Source of the DNA: an uncultured Candidatus Rokubacteria bacterium
GTDB lineage: Bacteria > Methylomirabilota > Methylomirabilia > Rokubacteriales > CSP1-6
Assembly (NCBI GenBank): GCA_963789955.1
Contig: CAWBMV010000034.1
Span: 544,001-608,000, forward strand
Direction of reading: 5' to 3'
DNA length: 64,000 bases
The notes beneath the pieces were generated by a model. It had not been told where the DNA came from and did no database searches. It was given only the letters and a program-made list of their open reading frames with translations. Shown piece after piece: positions 34,420 through 45,815 of this stretch (its first letter is position 1; each line of letters opens with the position of its first letter). The translations under genes were made by a program, and so were the position numbers.

Positions 34420-35412
34420 TCAGCCCCTCACCTCGTCACGGGGGCCGACAGCCAGCAGCGGCTCGTCTGGGTGTCGGTGACGCCGGAACTCGGGCGGCGG
34501 CTCCGTGCGGCAGCGGTCCATGATCTTCGGGCACCGCGGGTGAAACGCGCAGCCCGGCGGCGGCGCCGACGGATCCGGCGGCTGGCCGTCGATCGCGGTG
34601 AGCCGCTTGCGACTGTCGCCGACGCGCGGAATCGACTCGAGCAACGCCTGCGTGTACGGGTGCGCCGGCGAGTTGTAGATCTGCTTGACCGGGCCCGCCT
34701 CGACCAGGCGTCCGGCGTACATCACCGCCACCTGGTCGCACATCTTGGCGACGATGCCGAGATTGTGGGTGATGAAGATCAGCGCCAGGTTGTGGGCGCG
34801 CTGGAGATCGCGCAGGAGCTTCAGATACTGCGCCTGGATCGTGAGGTCGAGGCTCGTCGTGGGCTCGTCGGCGATGAGCACCCGGGGCTCGCACGAGATC
34901 GCGATCGCCCCGACGATGCGCTGGCGCATCCCGCCGGACAGCTGGTGGGGATACTCGCGCACGCGTCGCTCCGGCGCCGCGATGCGAACGGCCTTCAGGA
35001 GCTCGGTCGCGCGGGTCCATGCTTTTCGCCGGCCGGCGCCTTCGTGCACACGGATCGGCTCGGCGACCTGATCGCCGACGGTGAAGAGCGGGTTCAGCGA
35101 CGCCATCGGGTCCTGCAGGATCATCGCGATCCGCTTGCCGCGGATTCGTCGCATCTCGGACTCGGACTTCTTCATGAGGTCGGCGCCCTCGAACATGATC
35201 TCGCCCGAGACGATCTTGGCCGCCGGCGGTAGCATCCGGAGCAAGGTGAGCGCCAGGGTCGTCTTGCCCGAGCCCGACTCACCCACGATGCCGAGGGTCT
35301 GGCCCTGGTCGAGCGAAAGGCTGACGTCGTCCACCGCCCGCGTCACACGGGTGCCGCGGGCGCTGACGTAGTGCGTCGACAGGCGCCGGATTTCGAGGAG
35401 CGGGCCGGTCAC
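34420..35412 (-). CDS. Peptide/nickel ABC transporter ATP-binding protein (OppD-like)
   Basis: GESGSGKTT, LSGGMRQR, ADEPTTSLD, HPYT, GCAFHPRC. Confidence 0.9.
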   Translation of the reverse strand: MTGPLLEIRRLSTHYVSARGTRVTRAVDDVSLSLDQGQTLGIVGESGSGKTTLALTLLRMLPPAAKIVSGEIMFEGADLMKKSESEMRRIRGKRIAMILQDPMASLNPLFTVGDQVAEPIRVHEGAGRRKAWTRATELLKAVRIAAPERRVREYPHQLSGGMRQRIVGAIAISCEPRVLIADEPTTSLDLTIQAQYLKLLRDLQRAHNLALIFITHNLGIVAKMCDQVAVMYAGRLVEAGPVKQIYNSPAHPYTQALLESIPRVGDSRKRLTAIDGQPPDPSAPPPGCAFHPRCPKIMDRCRTEPPPEFRRHRHPDEPLLAVGPRDEVRG

Positions 35413-36315
35413 AACTGGCGGAGCTGCGGGTCGAACTTTACGCGAAGCCAGTCGCCCAGAAGATTTGCCGAGAGGACCATCAGCATGATGCAGGAGCCCG
35501 GCAGCACGGTCAGCCACCAGTAGCCCGCCATCAGGCCCTTCTTGCCATCCGCCAGCATCAGCCCCCACGCGGGCTGGGGTGGCGGCACGCCGACGCCGAG
35601 GAACGACAGCGCCGCCTCGGCGATGATCACCTGACCGAGCTGCAGGGTGGCCAGCACGATCGCGGAGTTGATCACGTTCGGCAGGATGTGCTTGCGCATG
35701 ATCTTCCACTTCGAGCAGCCGGCGACGACGGCGAGGCGCACGAAGTCCCGTTCCCGGACGGAGAGCACCTCGCCGCGGATGACGCGCGCGTAGCGCGTCC
35801 AGTAGACGAGGGCGAGGATGATGATGATGTTGCTCGCGCTGGGGCCGATGATGGCCGCCAGGAAGATCGCGAACGTGAGGGCGGGCAGCGCGAGCCAGGC
35901 GTCGGTGAGACGCATGATGACCTGGTCGACCCAGCGGCCCATGTAGCCCGAGATGATCCCGAGCCCGGTGCCGACGACGCCGGCCACGATGATGACCATG
36001 AAGCCCGACGATGACGGAGATCCGGGCGCCGAAGATCAGCCGCGAGAGCACGTCGCGGCCGAGATGATCGGTGCCGAGGAGGTGATCGATGGTGCCGTTC
36101 GTTTGCCACGCCGGCGGCCGGAACCGGTCACCGAGCACGCCGACCTCGGGATTGTGAGGCGCGATCACGTTCGCGAAGATCGCCACCAGCAGCACGCCGA
36201 GGAGGATCGCGATCGGGATGGTCGGAAAGCCCTGAGCCCGCATGAAGGCCAGACGCGACGGGAGCGTCAGGATCACGGACGCGGAGCGGCTGTTCGCGGC
36301 GCTGCTACCGTTCAT
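35409..36315 (-). CDS. Peptide/nickel ABC transporter permease (OppC-like; frameshift near 36000)
   Basis: LGTDHLGRDVLSRL, HILPN, EAALSFLG, WGLM, NLLGDWLR. Confidence 0.9.
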
Positions 36316-36339
36316 GTGAGTCTCCAGTTCCCAGGGGCG

Positions 36340-37260
36340 CTAGCCCTCATATCTGATCCTAGGGTCGATAACCGCGTAGAGAATATCGACCAGCAGATTC
36401 ACGACGACGATCATCACACCGCCGAGCAGCACGGTCGCCTGCACGACCGGGAAATCGCGGAACGCGATGCCCTCGAAGAGCAGGCGACCCACGCCCGGCC
36501 ACGCGAACACGGTCTCGACGACGACCGCCACGTTGACCATGATGACGAGATTGATCCCCGCCAGGGTGAGCACCGGGATCAGCGCGTTCTTGAAGGCGTG
36601 CTTGGAGATGACCAGCGCTTCCGGCAGCCCCTTGAGCCGTGCGAGCTTCACGTATTCAGAGCCCAGGACCTCGAGCATCGAGGAGCGCGTGAGGCGCATG
36701 TGCGAGGCCGCGAAGACCCAGCCGAGGGCGATGGACGGCATCACCAGATGGAGCACCGTCCCGGATCCGGACGATGGAAGCCAGCCGAGGTAGACCGAGA
36801 AGAAGAGGATCATGACCAGCCCGACCCAGAACGACGGCATCGAGAGGCCGAGCAGCGCGAAGATCTTGCCGACGCTGTCCCACCACTGGTTGACCCGTAC
36901 CGCCGCGATGATCCCCGTCGGGATGCCGACGAGCAGCGAGAACGCCATCGCCGCGGACGCGAGCAGCAACGAGGCCGGCAGCCGCGAGAGATAGAGCTCG
37001 AAGACATCGGTGCGGTAGTAGAACGACTGGCCGAAATCACCGCGCACGAGATGCGAGATGAAGCTCCCGTACTGGATCCACAGAGGCCGGTCGAGGCCGA
37101 ACTGATGGCGGATTGCGTCGAGGTCGGCTTGGCTCGCGCCGGGCTCGGCGAGGAGGACGGCGGGATCGCCGGTGACGCGCATCAGGAAGAAGATCGTCAG
37201 CGACAGCAGGAAGAGCGAGATGAGCGCCAACCCGGTACGCTTGACGATGAACTTCTTCAT
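36340..37260 (-). CDS. Peptide/nickel ABC transporter permease (OppB-like)
   Basis: GDPA, GLDRPL, GDFGQS, RSSMLEVL..YVKLARLKG, ETVFAWPGVG, DPRIRY. Confidence 0.93.
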   Translation of the reverse strand: MKKFIVKRTGLALISLFLLSLTIFFLMRVTGDPAVLLAEPGASQADLDAIRHQFGLDRPLWIQYGSFISHLVRGDFGQSFYYRTDVFELYLSRLPASLLLASAAMAFSLLVGIPTGIIAAVRVNQWWDSVGKIFALLGLSMPSFWVGLVMILFFSVYLGWLPSSGSGTVLHLVMPSIALGWVFAASHMRLTRSSMLEVLGSEYVKLARLKGLPEALVISKHAFKNALIPVLTLAGINLVIMVNVAVVVETVFAWPGVGRLLFEGIAFRDFPVVQATVLLGGVMIVVVNLLVDILYAVIDPRIRYEG

Positions 37261-37342
37261 AGCGTTCCTATGTATGCCTCCTCGCTACCGGCTGCGGACC
37301 CGACTACGAGCTGGAGAGATGCGAGCGCCGAAAAGCGAAGGG

Positions 37343-37370
37343 ATTATGCCCGATTCTACTTCGGTGTCAA
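37343..37370 (-). promoter_or_regulatory. Sigma-70-type promoter for the ABC/acyl-CoA synthetase operon (TTGACA-N16-CATAAT)
   Basis: Near-consensus hexamers about 80 nt upstream of the 37260 start. Confidence 0.6.
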
Positions 37371-37483
37371 TGTCCTAGCGCGTCAACCAGGGGTAGATCC
37401 CGGCTGCCCGGCGGGTGAAAGGCCGTGACACTTTCCGGAAGCGTGGACAGAGGAACGCAGCTCGCGTGTAGCGTGTTATCTAT

Positions 37484-37520
37484 GACCGGTGCCGTCGCCT
37501 CCTGGGCGGCGGCACCGGTC
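37484..37520 (-). terminator. Strong hairpin downstream of the dehydrogenase operon (terminator-like, no U-tract)
   Basis: GACCGGTGCCGTCGCC / GGCGGCGGCACCGGTC 16-bp arms with one imperfect pair, 5-nt loop. Confidence 0.5.
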
Positions 37521-37535
37521 GTGAAGACGAGCCTC

Positions 37536-38516
37536 CTAGAGCAGGTCCTGCAGCTCGGGAATCACCCAGAGCGGCTTCCGCCCGGCTGCCACTCTCTCGA
37601 CGTTGTCGAAGGCGTTCCGAAACGCCTTGGTCCAGTTCTCCCACGTCGGTCCGGCCGAGTGCGGCGTGATCGTGATGTTCTCGAGGCCGAACAGGGGATG
37701 GTTCGCCGCCGGCGGCTCCTCGACCATGACGTCGAGCCCGGCCGCGGCGATCTGACCCGACGCCAGCGCGACCTGGAGGGCCGCCTCGTCGACGACCGGA
37801 CCGCGGCAGGTGTTGATCAGGATCGCGCTCCGCTTCATGGTCGCGAACTCGCGGGCGCCCATCATGCCGCGGGTCGAGTTGCTCAGGGGCACGTGCAGGC
37901 TGACCACGTCCGAGGTGCGCAGGAGCTCGGGAAAGAGCACGAAGCGGACGTCGAGGGCGTCCTCGGCGTGCTCGGTGAGGCGGACGATGTCGTAGTACTG
38001 AACGTGCATGTCGAAGGCCTGGGCCCGCTTCGCGACCTTCTTGCCGATGGTCCCGAGGCCGACGATCCCCAGGGTCTTTCCGGCCAGCTCGTAGGTCCGG
38101 GTCTGGGCGAAGTCGCCCACGCGCCACTTGCCGGTGATGACGTTGTGATGGTGCCAGGCGAGCTTCTTGTAGACGGCCAGGATCAGCATCAAGGTGTGCT
38201 CGGCGACCGCGACCGAGTTCGCGCCGCCGTTGTTGGCGACCGGCACCTTCGCCTGTCGCGCCGCCGCGATGTCCAGGCGGTCGTACCCGGCGCTGATCAG
38301 CTGGATCAGCTTGAGCTTGGGCGCGCCCCGATAGAACTCCGGGCCGAGGCTCTCGCGGGCGAAGCCCACCAGGTACTCGGCGTCCTTCATCGCGGCGGGA
38401 AACTCCGGCGTGCCCTGGTCGGCCACCTGCATCTCGTACTCGGCCGGGAGCATGGAGCGGGCGACGTCCACGAGCGCGGCCGGGAGCTTCGGGGAGAGAA
38501 CGATCTTGGTCGGCAC
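37536..38516 (-). CDS. D-isomer-specific 2-hydroxyacid dehydrogenase
   Basis: SAGYD, SVAVAEH, GIVGLGTIG, SLHVPL, INTCRG, LDV..EP, TPH. Confidence 0.93.
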   Translation of the reverse strand: MPTKIVLSPKLPAALVDVARSMLPAEYEMQVADQGTPEFPAAMKDAEYLVGFARESLGPEFYRGAPKLKLIQLISAGYDRLDIAAARQAKVPVANNGGANSVAVAEHTLMLILAVYKKLAWHHHNVITGKWRVGDFAQTRTYELAGKTLGIVGLGTIGKKVAKRAQAFDMHVQYYDIVRLTEHAEDALDVRFVLFPELLRTSDVVSLHVPLSNSTRGMMGAREFATMKRSAILINTCRGPVVDEAALQVALASGQIAAAGLDVMVEEPPAANHPLFGLENITITPHSAGPTWENWTKAFRNAFDNVERVAAGRKPLWVIPELQDLL

Positions 38517-38537
38517 GGCAATCTCCTTTCTCCGGTG

Positions 38538-38879
38538 CTACCGGAGCTTACGCATATCCTCGGGGAAGTTCGACGTGAACGAGTACGACTTGACCGTGCC
38601 GTTCGCGTTGAAGCGCACGGTGAGGTCCTTGGTGATCGTGTCGGAGCCGCTCCGCTGGGCGAAGAACCACCGCCACGTCTGGTCTCCGTTGTCGAGGCCG
38701 ACCTGATAGGGCTCGCCGAAGAGCGCAACCAGCGCGGCCTTGTCCGTAACGTTGTCTTTGATCTGCGCTGCGTTCGGCGAGGGAAACTCGTGGCCGACCT
38801 GGAGCGCGGAGCACGCCGACGCGACGAGAAGGACACCGAGAGCACCGAACCACACCCGCCTCAAGGCTCTGCCTCTCAC
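38538..38879 (-). CDS. Small lipoprotein, BamE/SmpA-like
   Basis: VASAC lipobox, T.KAALVALFGEPY, WRW, LTVRFNANGTVKSYSF. Confidence 0.7.
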   Translation of the reverse strand: MRGRALRRVWFGALGVLLVASACSALQVGHEFPSPNAAQIKDNVTDKAALVALFGEPYQVGLDNGDQTWRWFFAQRSGSDTITKDLTVRFNANGTVKSYSFTSNFPEDMRKLR

Positions 38880-40072
38880 GCCAGCGCGACGACGCCGGCG
38901 GCGGCGAGACGCTCGATCTCGCTCTTCGGCAAACCGAGCTCGGTGAGGATCTCCGCGGTGTGCTCGCCGAGCCCCGGGGCCGGGCGCCGGATCGTTCCGG
39001 GGGTCGCCGACGCCCTGACCGGGAAGTCGAGCATGCGCGCGGTCCCATAGCCCGGCTGCTCGACCGACGCCACCAGGCCGAGGTGCTTGACCTGAGGATC
39101 CTCGAAGACCTCGTCGAACTCGTAGATGGGGCCGGCGGCTACCTGCTCGGTCTCGAACCGCGAGACCCACACGGCCGTGGTCTCCCGTGACAGCGTACGC
39201 TCGACGCGCGCCTTGAACTCGTCGTGGTTCGCCACGCGCGTGTCGTTGGTCGCGAACTTCGGATCGCTCGCCAGCGCCGGCTCGCCGAGCGCGCGGCTGA
39301 AGCGTGTGTACTGGTCGGGGTTCATGATGACGACCTGGACCCAGCCGTCCTTGGTCCGGAACGCCTCGGCCGGCGAGAGATACGGGTTGCGGTTGCCGAC
39401 GCGGGTCGGCCGCTGACCCGAGTCGAAATAGTGGGCGACCGGATCGGGGAGCAGCGCCAGAGTCGAGGCCAGCAGGCTGACGTCGAGGTGCTGGCCCCGA
39501 CCGGTGCGCAGTCGATGGGCGAGCGCGGCGTTCGCGACACCGAACGCGAGGAAGGCCGCGGCGAGATCGGAGACCGAGCCGCCGACCTTCGTCGGGGGAT
39601 GCCCCGGCATTCCGGTGAGCGCCATGATCCCGCTCATGCCCTGGGCGATCGTGTTGTAGCCCGCGCGGCGGGCATGCGGCCCGTTCTGCCCGAAGCCCGT
39701 CACCGAGACGTAGACCGCGGACGGGTTCACCGCGCTCACGGCGTCGTACCCGAGCCCGAGCTTGTCGGCGACACCCGGGAGGAAGTTCTCGACGACGACG
39801 TCGGCGCGCCGGGCCAGCTCGAAGACGAGCTTGGATCCCTCGGGCTGCTGGAGATCCACGGCGATGCCGCGCTTGTTACGGTTGATCGCCGCGAAGGTCG
39901 CGCTCATCCCGTTGCCTCGCCACGCCCGTAGATCGTCGCCGCGGCCGGGCCGCTCGACCTTGACCACGTCGGCGCCGAGGTCGGCCATCAGGGTGGCGCA
40001 GTACGGGCCCGCGATCACGCGGGAGAGGTCGAGCACGCGGACGCCCTCGAGCATCATCGGGCGGTCAGCCAC
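38876..40072 (-). CDS. Class III CoA transferase (CaiB/BaiF)
   Basis: LEGVRVLDLSRVIAGPYC, LGADVVKVE, NRNKR, ENF.PG, APGLGEHT. Confidence 0.94.
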   Translation of the reverse strand: MADRPMMLEGVRVLDLSRVIAGPYCATLMADLGADVVKVERPGRGDDLRAWRGNGMSATFAAINRNKRGIAVDLQQPEGSKLVFELARRADVVVENFLPGVADKLGLGYDAVSAVNPSAVYVSVTGFGQNGPHARRAGYNTIAQGMSGIMALTGMPGHPPTKVGGSVSDLAAAFLAFGVANAALAHRLRTGRGQHLDVSLLASTLALLPDPVAHYFDSGQRPTRVGNRNPYLSPAEAFRTKDGWVQVVIMNPDQYTRFSRALGEPALASDPKFATNDTRVANHDEFKARVERTLSRETTAVWVSRFETEQVAAGPIYEFDEVFEDPQVKHLGLVASVEQPGYGTARMLDFPVRASATPGTIRRPAPGLGEHTAEILTELGLPKSEIERLAAAGVVALA

Positions 40073-40793
40073 GATCGAGGAATCCCTCCGTCATCGCGTT
40101 CACCTCCGGGATCCCGGTGCGCGCGATGGCGTTGATGCGAGCCTTGACCTCCGCCATCGCCTTGAACGGTTTCTTGGTCAGCGCTTCGGCGTACGCGCGC
40201 ACTTCCTTGGCGAGCGACGCCCCGGGCACGACACGATGGACGAGCCCCCACGTCTGAGCCTCGGCGGCGGAGTACCGCCGACACTCCATGATGATCTCCT
40301 TCGCGCGCGCGGGGCCGACGAGGCGCACGAAGCGGGTCGTCGAGGCGACGCCGAGCGGCACGCCGAGGTCGACCTCGGGAATCCAGAGCTGCGCTTCGGC
40401 GGCGGCCCACCGGAAGTCGCAGGCGAGCGTCAGACCCCAGCCGCCGCCGACCGCGTGGCCGTTGATCATCGCGATCGTCGCCTGCTCGAGGCCTTCCAGC
40501 ATCGTGTTGGCGCGCTCGAACAGCCGCCGGAACTGGCTCTTGCGCTGGCCGAACGCCTGGCGGCGCTCGTCCTCCGACATCGTCGACTTGAGCCCGGCGT
40601 CGGCGCCGGCCGAGAACACCGGCGGCGCGCCGGTGACGATGACGACGCGCGTGGCGGTGTCGTCACGCAGCTCCACGAACGCCGCGGCGAGCTCGGTCAG
40701 CATCGGATCGCTCAGCGAGTTACGGCGATCGGGACGGTTCAAGGTGACGGTCGCGATCGCGCCTTCACGAACCAAGGTGACGTTTTCGCCCAT
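40065..40793 (-). CDS. Enoyl-CoA hydratase/isomerase family protein
   Basis: LNRPDRRNSL, FSAGAD, INGHAVGGG..LACDFR, PEVDLG. Confidence 0.92.
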   Translation of the reverse strand: MGENVTLVREGAIATVTLNRPDRRNSLSDPMLTELAAAFVELRDDTATRVVIVTGAPPVFSAGADAGLKSTMSEDERRQAFGQRKSQFRRLFERANTMLEGLEQATIAMINGHAVGGGWGLTLACDFRWAAAEAQLWIPEVDLGVPLGVASTTRFVRLVGPARAKEIIMECRRYSAAEAQTWGLVHRVVPGASLAKEVRAYAEALTKKPFKAMAEVKARINAIARTGIPEVNAMTEGFLDRG

Positions 40794-40876
40794 GCGCGCG
40801 GACGGTATCACAGGCGGTGCCGTCTCGCATCTGGACCTTTTTGCGCAGCCTGCGGTGGTGAATTTTGCCTGGTGTT

Positions 40877-42106
40877 TCAGGCGAGGATGCCGAGCGGTTG
40901 AGTCGGCTTGAAGCCCGGGAAGATCGGGGCCGCGGGCACGCCGAGGTGGCGCGTCGCGATCTCGGAGAAGAGGTTGCGGAAGTCGGTGGTGACGGCGAGG
41001 TCGCGGCCCTCGAAGAGCTGGTGCCGGTCGAGGCCCGGCCAGCGGCCGTAGACGCGGCCGCCGCGAACGCCGCCGCCGAGGACGAGCATCGCCGTCGCGT
41101 GACCGTGGTCGGTGCCGCGGTTGCCGTTCTCCGCGACCGTGCGGCCGAACTCCGACATCGTCAGCACGACGACGTCCGACATCCTGTCGCCGAGATCCTG
41201 AGAGAAGGCCGCAAGCGCCGCGCCGAAGTCCCGGAAGCGGAGCGCGAGCTGGCCGCGCTCGGCGCCCTGACCGACGTGCGTGTCCCAGCCCTGCATATCG
41301 GCGAAGGCGACCTCGAGGCCGACGTTGGCCTTGATGAGCTGCGCGATCTGACGCAACGCCTCGCCGAGCGGTACGCGCGGATACTCCGCGCCGTTCGCCG
41401 GCGGAATCCGCGAGGCCTTGGCGCTGCGGAGCATCTTCACGGCGTCGAAGGTCTCACGCCCGGTCCCGTGCAGGAGATCGTGGACACCCTGCTCGTAGAG
41501 CGATTCGAAGCCGGCGCGCGCGGTTCCGTCGGAGCCGCCGCGGACGTCGAACCGATCGAGGGACTGCATCGAGATCGCGCCGACGTCGCCCTGGAGCGTT
41601 CGCGGGAGCGCGGGGCCGATCGCGACCGCGCGGAACGGCGTCGACTTCGCCGGCCGCGTGCCGACGGCGCGCGCGAGCCAGCCGTCCGGCGTGCTCTTCA
41701 CGCCGGGTGTCCCGGACTCCATGTAGTCCTGGGCATCGAAGTGCGAGCGTGTCGTGTCCGGGGAGCCGCAGGCGTGGACCACCGCGAGCGAGCGGTTCGC
41801 CCAGAGCGGCACGAGCGGCGCCAGGCTCGGGTGAAACGCGAAGAAGCCGTCGAGATCGGCGGCGCGCTCGCTCTCGCCCCGCCGCGGCGGCTGGAGCCCG
41901 ATCGAGGGCCGCACTCCGGTGTAGCCCGGGTCGCCGTACGGCGTCACCATGCTGAGGCCGTCGACGGCGCCCCGCTGGAAGATCGCCACCAGCACCTTGC
42001 CGCTCGCTTCCGCGGCATGGGCCGCGCGAAGCAGGAATCGAGGGGCTCCGGCGTAGGCGACCAGCGCGCACCCGCCGGCCTTCACGAACGTTCGCCGCGT
42101 GATCAT
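40877..42106 (-). CDS. DUF1501 family protein with Tat signal
   Basis: TRRTFVK, FQRGAVDGL, RSHFDAQ, GWDTH, SEFGRT..NG..GTDHG. Confidence 0.9.
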   Translation of the reverse strand: MITRRTFVKAGGCALVAYAGAPRFLLRAAHAAEASGKVLVAIFQRGAVDGLSMVTPYGDPGYTGVRPSIGLQPPRRGESERAADLDGFFAFHPSLAPLVPLWANRSLAVVHACGSPDTTRSHFDAQDYMESGTPGVKSTPDGWLARAVGTRPAKSTPFRAVAIGPALPRTLQGDVGAISMQSLDRFDVRGGSDGTARAGFESLYEQGVHDLLHGTGRETFDAVKMLRSAKASRIPPANGAEYPRVPLGEALRQIAQLIKANVGLEVAFADMQGWDTHVGQGAERGQLALRFRDFGAALAAFSQDLGDRMSDVVVLTMSEFGRTVAENGNRGTDHGHATAMLVLGGGVRGGRVYGRWPGLDRHQLFEGRDLAVTTDFRNLFSEIATRHLGVPAAPIFPGFKPTQPLGILA

Positions 42107-42120
42107 GCCCGGCTCTCCGC

Positions 42121-43809
<1,689 letters not shown>

Positions 43810-43817
43810 CGTGGCGT

Positions 43818-44420
43818 TCACTGTGGACCTCGGCGCTGCTGCTGACGCTGCTGGCGCAGCCGCTCGCGCTCCTCGGGTGGCATCTGCCGCCAGCGCTCGC
43901 GGATCCGCTCGCGCTCCTCGGGGCTCATCTGGCGCCAGCGCTCCTGGTTGCGGAGCACCCGATCCCGCTCCTCCGGGGTCATCGATTCCCACTGGCCGAG
44001 CCGCTGCTGGATGCGGTCTCGCCGGTCTTGTGGCAGCCGCTGCCAGCGCTCGTACGCCTTCTGCAGCTCTTGCTGACGCTCCTTGGGCAGCTCGTTCCAG
44101 TGCTGAAAGTCTTTGAGAATCTGCGCACGCTGGTCGGGCGTGAGCTGGCGGAAGCGCCGATAGTTCTGGCGCGCCGTCTCCCGCTCCTCCGGGGTCATCG
44201 ACTTCCAATGACGATAGTTCTCGAGGGCGCGCTGCCGTTCCTCGGGCGTGAGCCGCTGCCAGCGCTCGAGGTTGCGCTCGGCGATCGCCCGCTCCTCCGG
44301 CGTGAGCTTGTCGAGCCCCTGGATCGCCGGCGGCGGCGTTTGCCCCCAGGCAACGTCCAGGCCGCCAAGGGTCAGCATGACGCCCAGCAAGAGCAGCACC
44401 GGCAGGCCGCGGCGGGTCAT
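43818..44420 (-). CDS. DUF3106-like exported helical repeat protein
   Basis: Signal peptide, then repeated W/F-x-x-[LM]-[TS]-PEER units. Confidence 0.8.
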   Translation of the reverse strand: MTRRGLPVLLLLGVMLTLGGLDVAWGQTPPPAIQGLDKLTPEERAIAERNLERWQRLTPEERQRALENYRHWKSMTPEERETARQNYRRFRQLTPDQRAQILKDFQHWNELPKERQQELQKAYERWQRLPQDRRDRIQQRLGQWESMTPEERDRVLRNQERWRQMSPEERERIRERWRQMPPEERERLRQQRQQQRRGPQ

Positions 44421-44698
44421 CGCTCCTTTGCCTCGTTCGGAGCCGGGGTCTGGCGCGGCGCGGTCTCCGAGCTCGGCATCGACTCGAGGATCCTCATGCG
44501 CTCCAGAATCGGCATGCGCGTGTAGAGCTCGCGTTCCCGGTTGAGGTCGGTTCCCTTGAGCAGGTCGAGGTCGAGCAGCATCTGGGCGTCGGGCGGCGGC
44601 TGCACGGCGCCATCGGCGGCGCCCGACGAAGACGCCGCCGTCCCGCTTGCGACCGCCCCGAGCAGCCCCAGCGCGAGCCACAGGCGCGTCCGGCGCAC
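44417..44698 (-). CDS. Small exported hypothetical protein
   Basis: Signal peptide, MLLDLDLLK segment; stop overlaps the next ATG. Confidence 0.65.
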   Translation of the reverse strand: MRRTRLWLALGLLGAVASGTAASSSGAADGAVQPPPDAQMLLDLDLLKGTDLNRERELYTRMPILERMRILESMPSSETAPRQTPAPNEAKER

Positions 44699-44700
44699 GG

Positions 44701-45183
44701 TTAGCCCTGGCGGTCCGAGGCAAGGCCGTCGAGGTTGCGAATGACCTCGAGATCTTCGAGGAGATCGAGCCGCTCGACGGTGCGCAGATCTTGTAAGAGG
44801 CCGAGCTCCTGAGCCATGACCACTTCGTCCGGGCCGATCGGATCCGCGGGTCGGGACATCTCGCGACTGCCCCAGACCGCGACGAACAACAGGATCCCGG
44901 CGAGGCTCGCCGACAGCGCGACCGGCATGGGACGCCGCCACCAGCCCACGTGAGCGCGCCGCGCCTCGAGCTTCTCGCGAAGCTCGGCGCGATAGCGCGC
45001 CCAGTTCACCGTGGGCGGCTGCCCGATCGCGTGCGCGAGATTGCCGAGAAGATCCCGGAGCAGCTCGGTGTCCTGCTTGCAGTCCGGGCATTCCTCAAGA
45101 TGTCGAGCGACGCGCTCGCGCTCGGCCGGGGGGAGCTCCCCCCTGAGATAGGGCACGAGATCAGTATCGGGATGCCTTGCCAT
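44701..45183 (-). CDS. Zinc-finger (zf-HC2/ZAS) transmembrane anti-sigma factor
   Basis: H..., HLEECPDC, one TM, short periplasmic tail. Confidence 0.88.
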   Translation of the reverse strand: MARHPDTDLVPYLRGELPPAERERVARHLEECPDCKQDTELLRDLLGNLAHAIGQPPTVNWARYRAELREKLEARRAHVGWWRRPMPVALSASLAGILLFVAVWGSREMSRPADPIGPDEVVMAQELGLLQDLRTVERLDLLEDLEVIRNLDGLASDRQG

Positions 45184-45184
45184 G

Positions 45185-45748
45185 TCAGCGCTTCTCCACC
45201 GTCTTCTTCAGTGTCGCGAGCGCACGGTGCAGGTGGACGCGCACGGTCGCCTCGGAGCATTTGAGCACCCGAGCGATATCGTACGTCGCCATGTCCTCCT
45301 GCACTCGGAGCAGCACCGCCGCCCGCTGGCGCGGGGCCAGCCGATCCACGGCCGATCCCAACGCCTTCAACGTTTCCTCCCGGCTGAGCTTGTCGACCGG
45401 ATCGTTGACCGGCGCCGGCTGCCGGTCGAGAATCGTCTCGGCTCGGTCGTCATCGTCATCGCGCACCCAGAGCTTCCACCACTTGTGCTTGCGCTTGTGG
45501 TCCAGGCACAAGTTGACCAGGATCCGATAGAACCACGTCGAAAATTTCGACCGCCCGCGAAAGCTGCCGGCGGTCTCGTACAGCCGGATGAAGGCCTCCT
45601 GCGAGACGTCACGCGCGTCCTCGGCGTTCCGGAGGATCGACCAGGCGAGACGATACGCTCGCTCCTGATACCGCGACACGAGGAGGTCGAACGCCGCCTC
45701 GTCTCGCCTGGCCACGCGCTCACAGAGCGCTTCGTCCGCTGGCTCCAC
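45185..45748 (-). CDS. ECF RNA polymerase sigma factor
   Basis: AFDLLV..YQ, DARDVSQEAFI, FSTWFYRILVNLCLD, region 4 IARVLKCSEATVRVHLHRA. Confidence 0.93.
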   Translation of the reverse strand: MEPADEALCERVARRDEAAFDLLVSRYQERAYRLAWSILRNAEDARDVSQEAFIRLYETAGSFRGRSKFSTWFYRILVNLCLDHKRKHKWWKLWVRDDDDDRAETILDRQPAPVNDPVDKLSREETLKALGSAVDRLAPRQRAAVLLRVQEDMATYDIARVLKCSEATVRVHLHRALATLKKTVEKR

Positions 45749-45815
45749 TCGCCTGTTGTCCCTTCGTCCTTCACCTTGTCACTCCCGACCATCGTGCGGC
45801 AAGTGTTCCCGGCTG

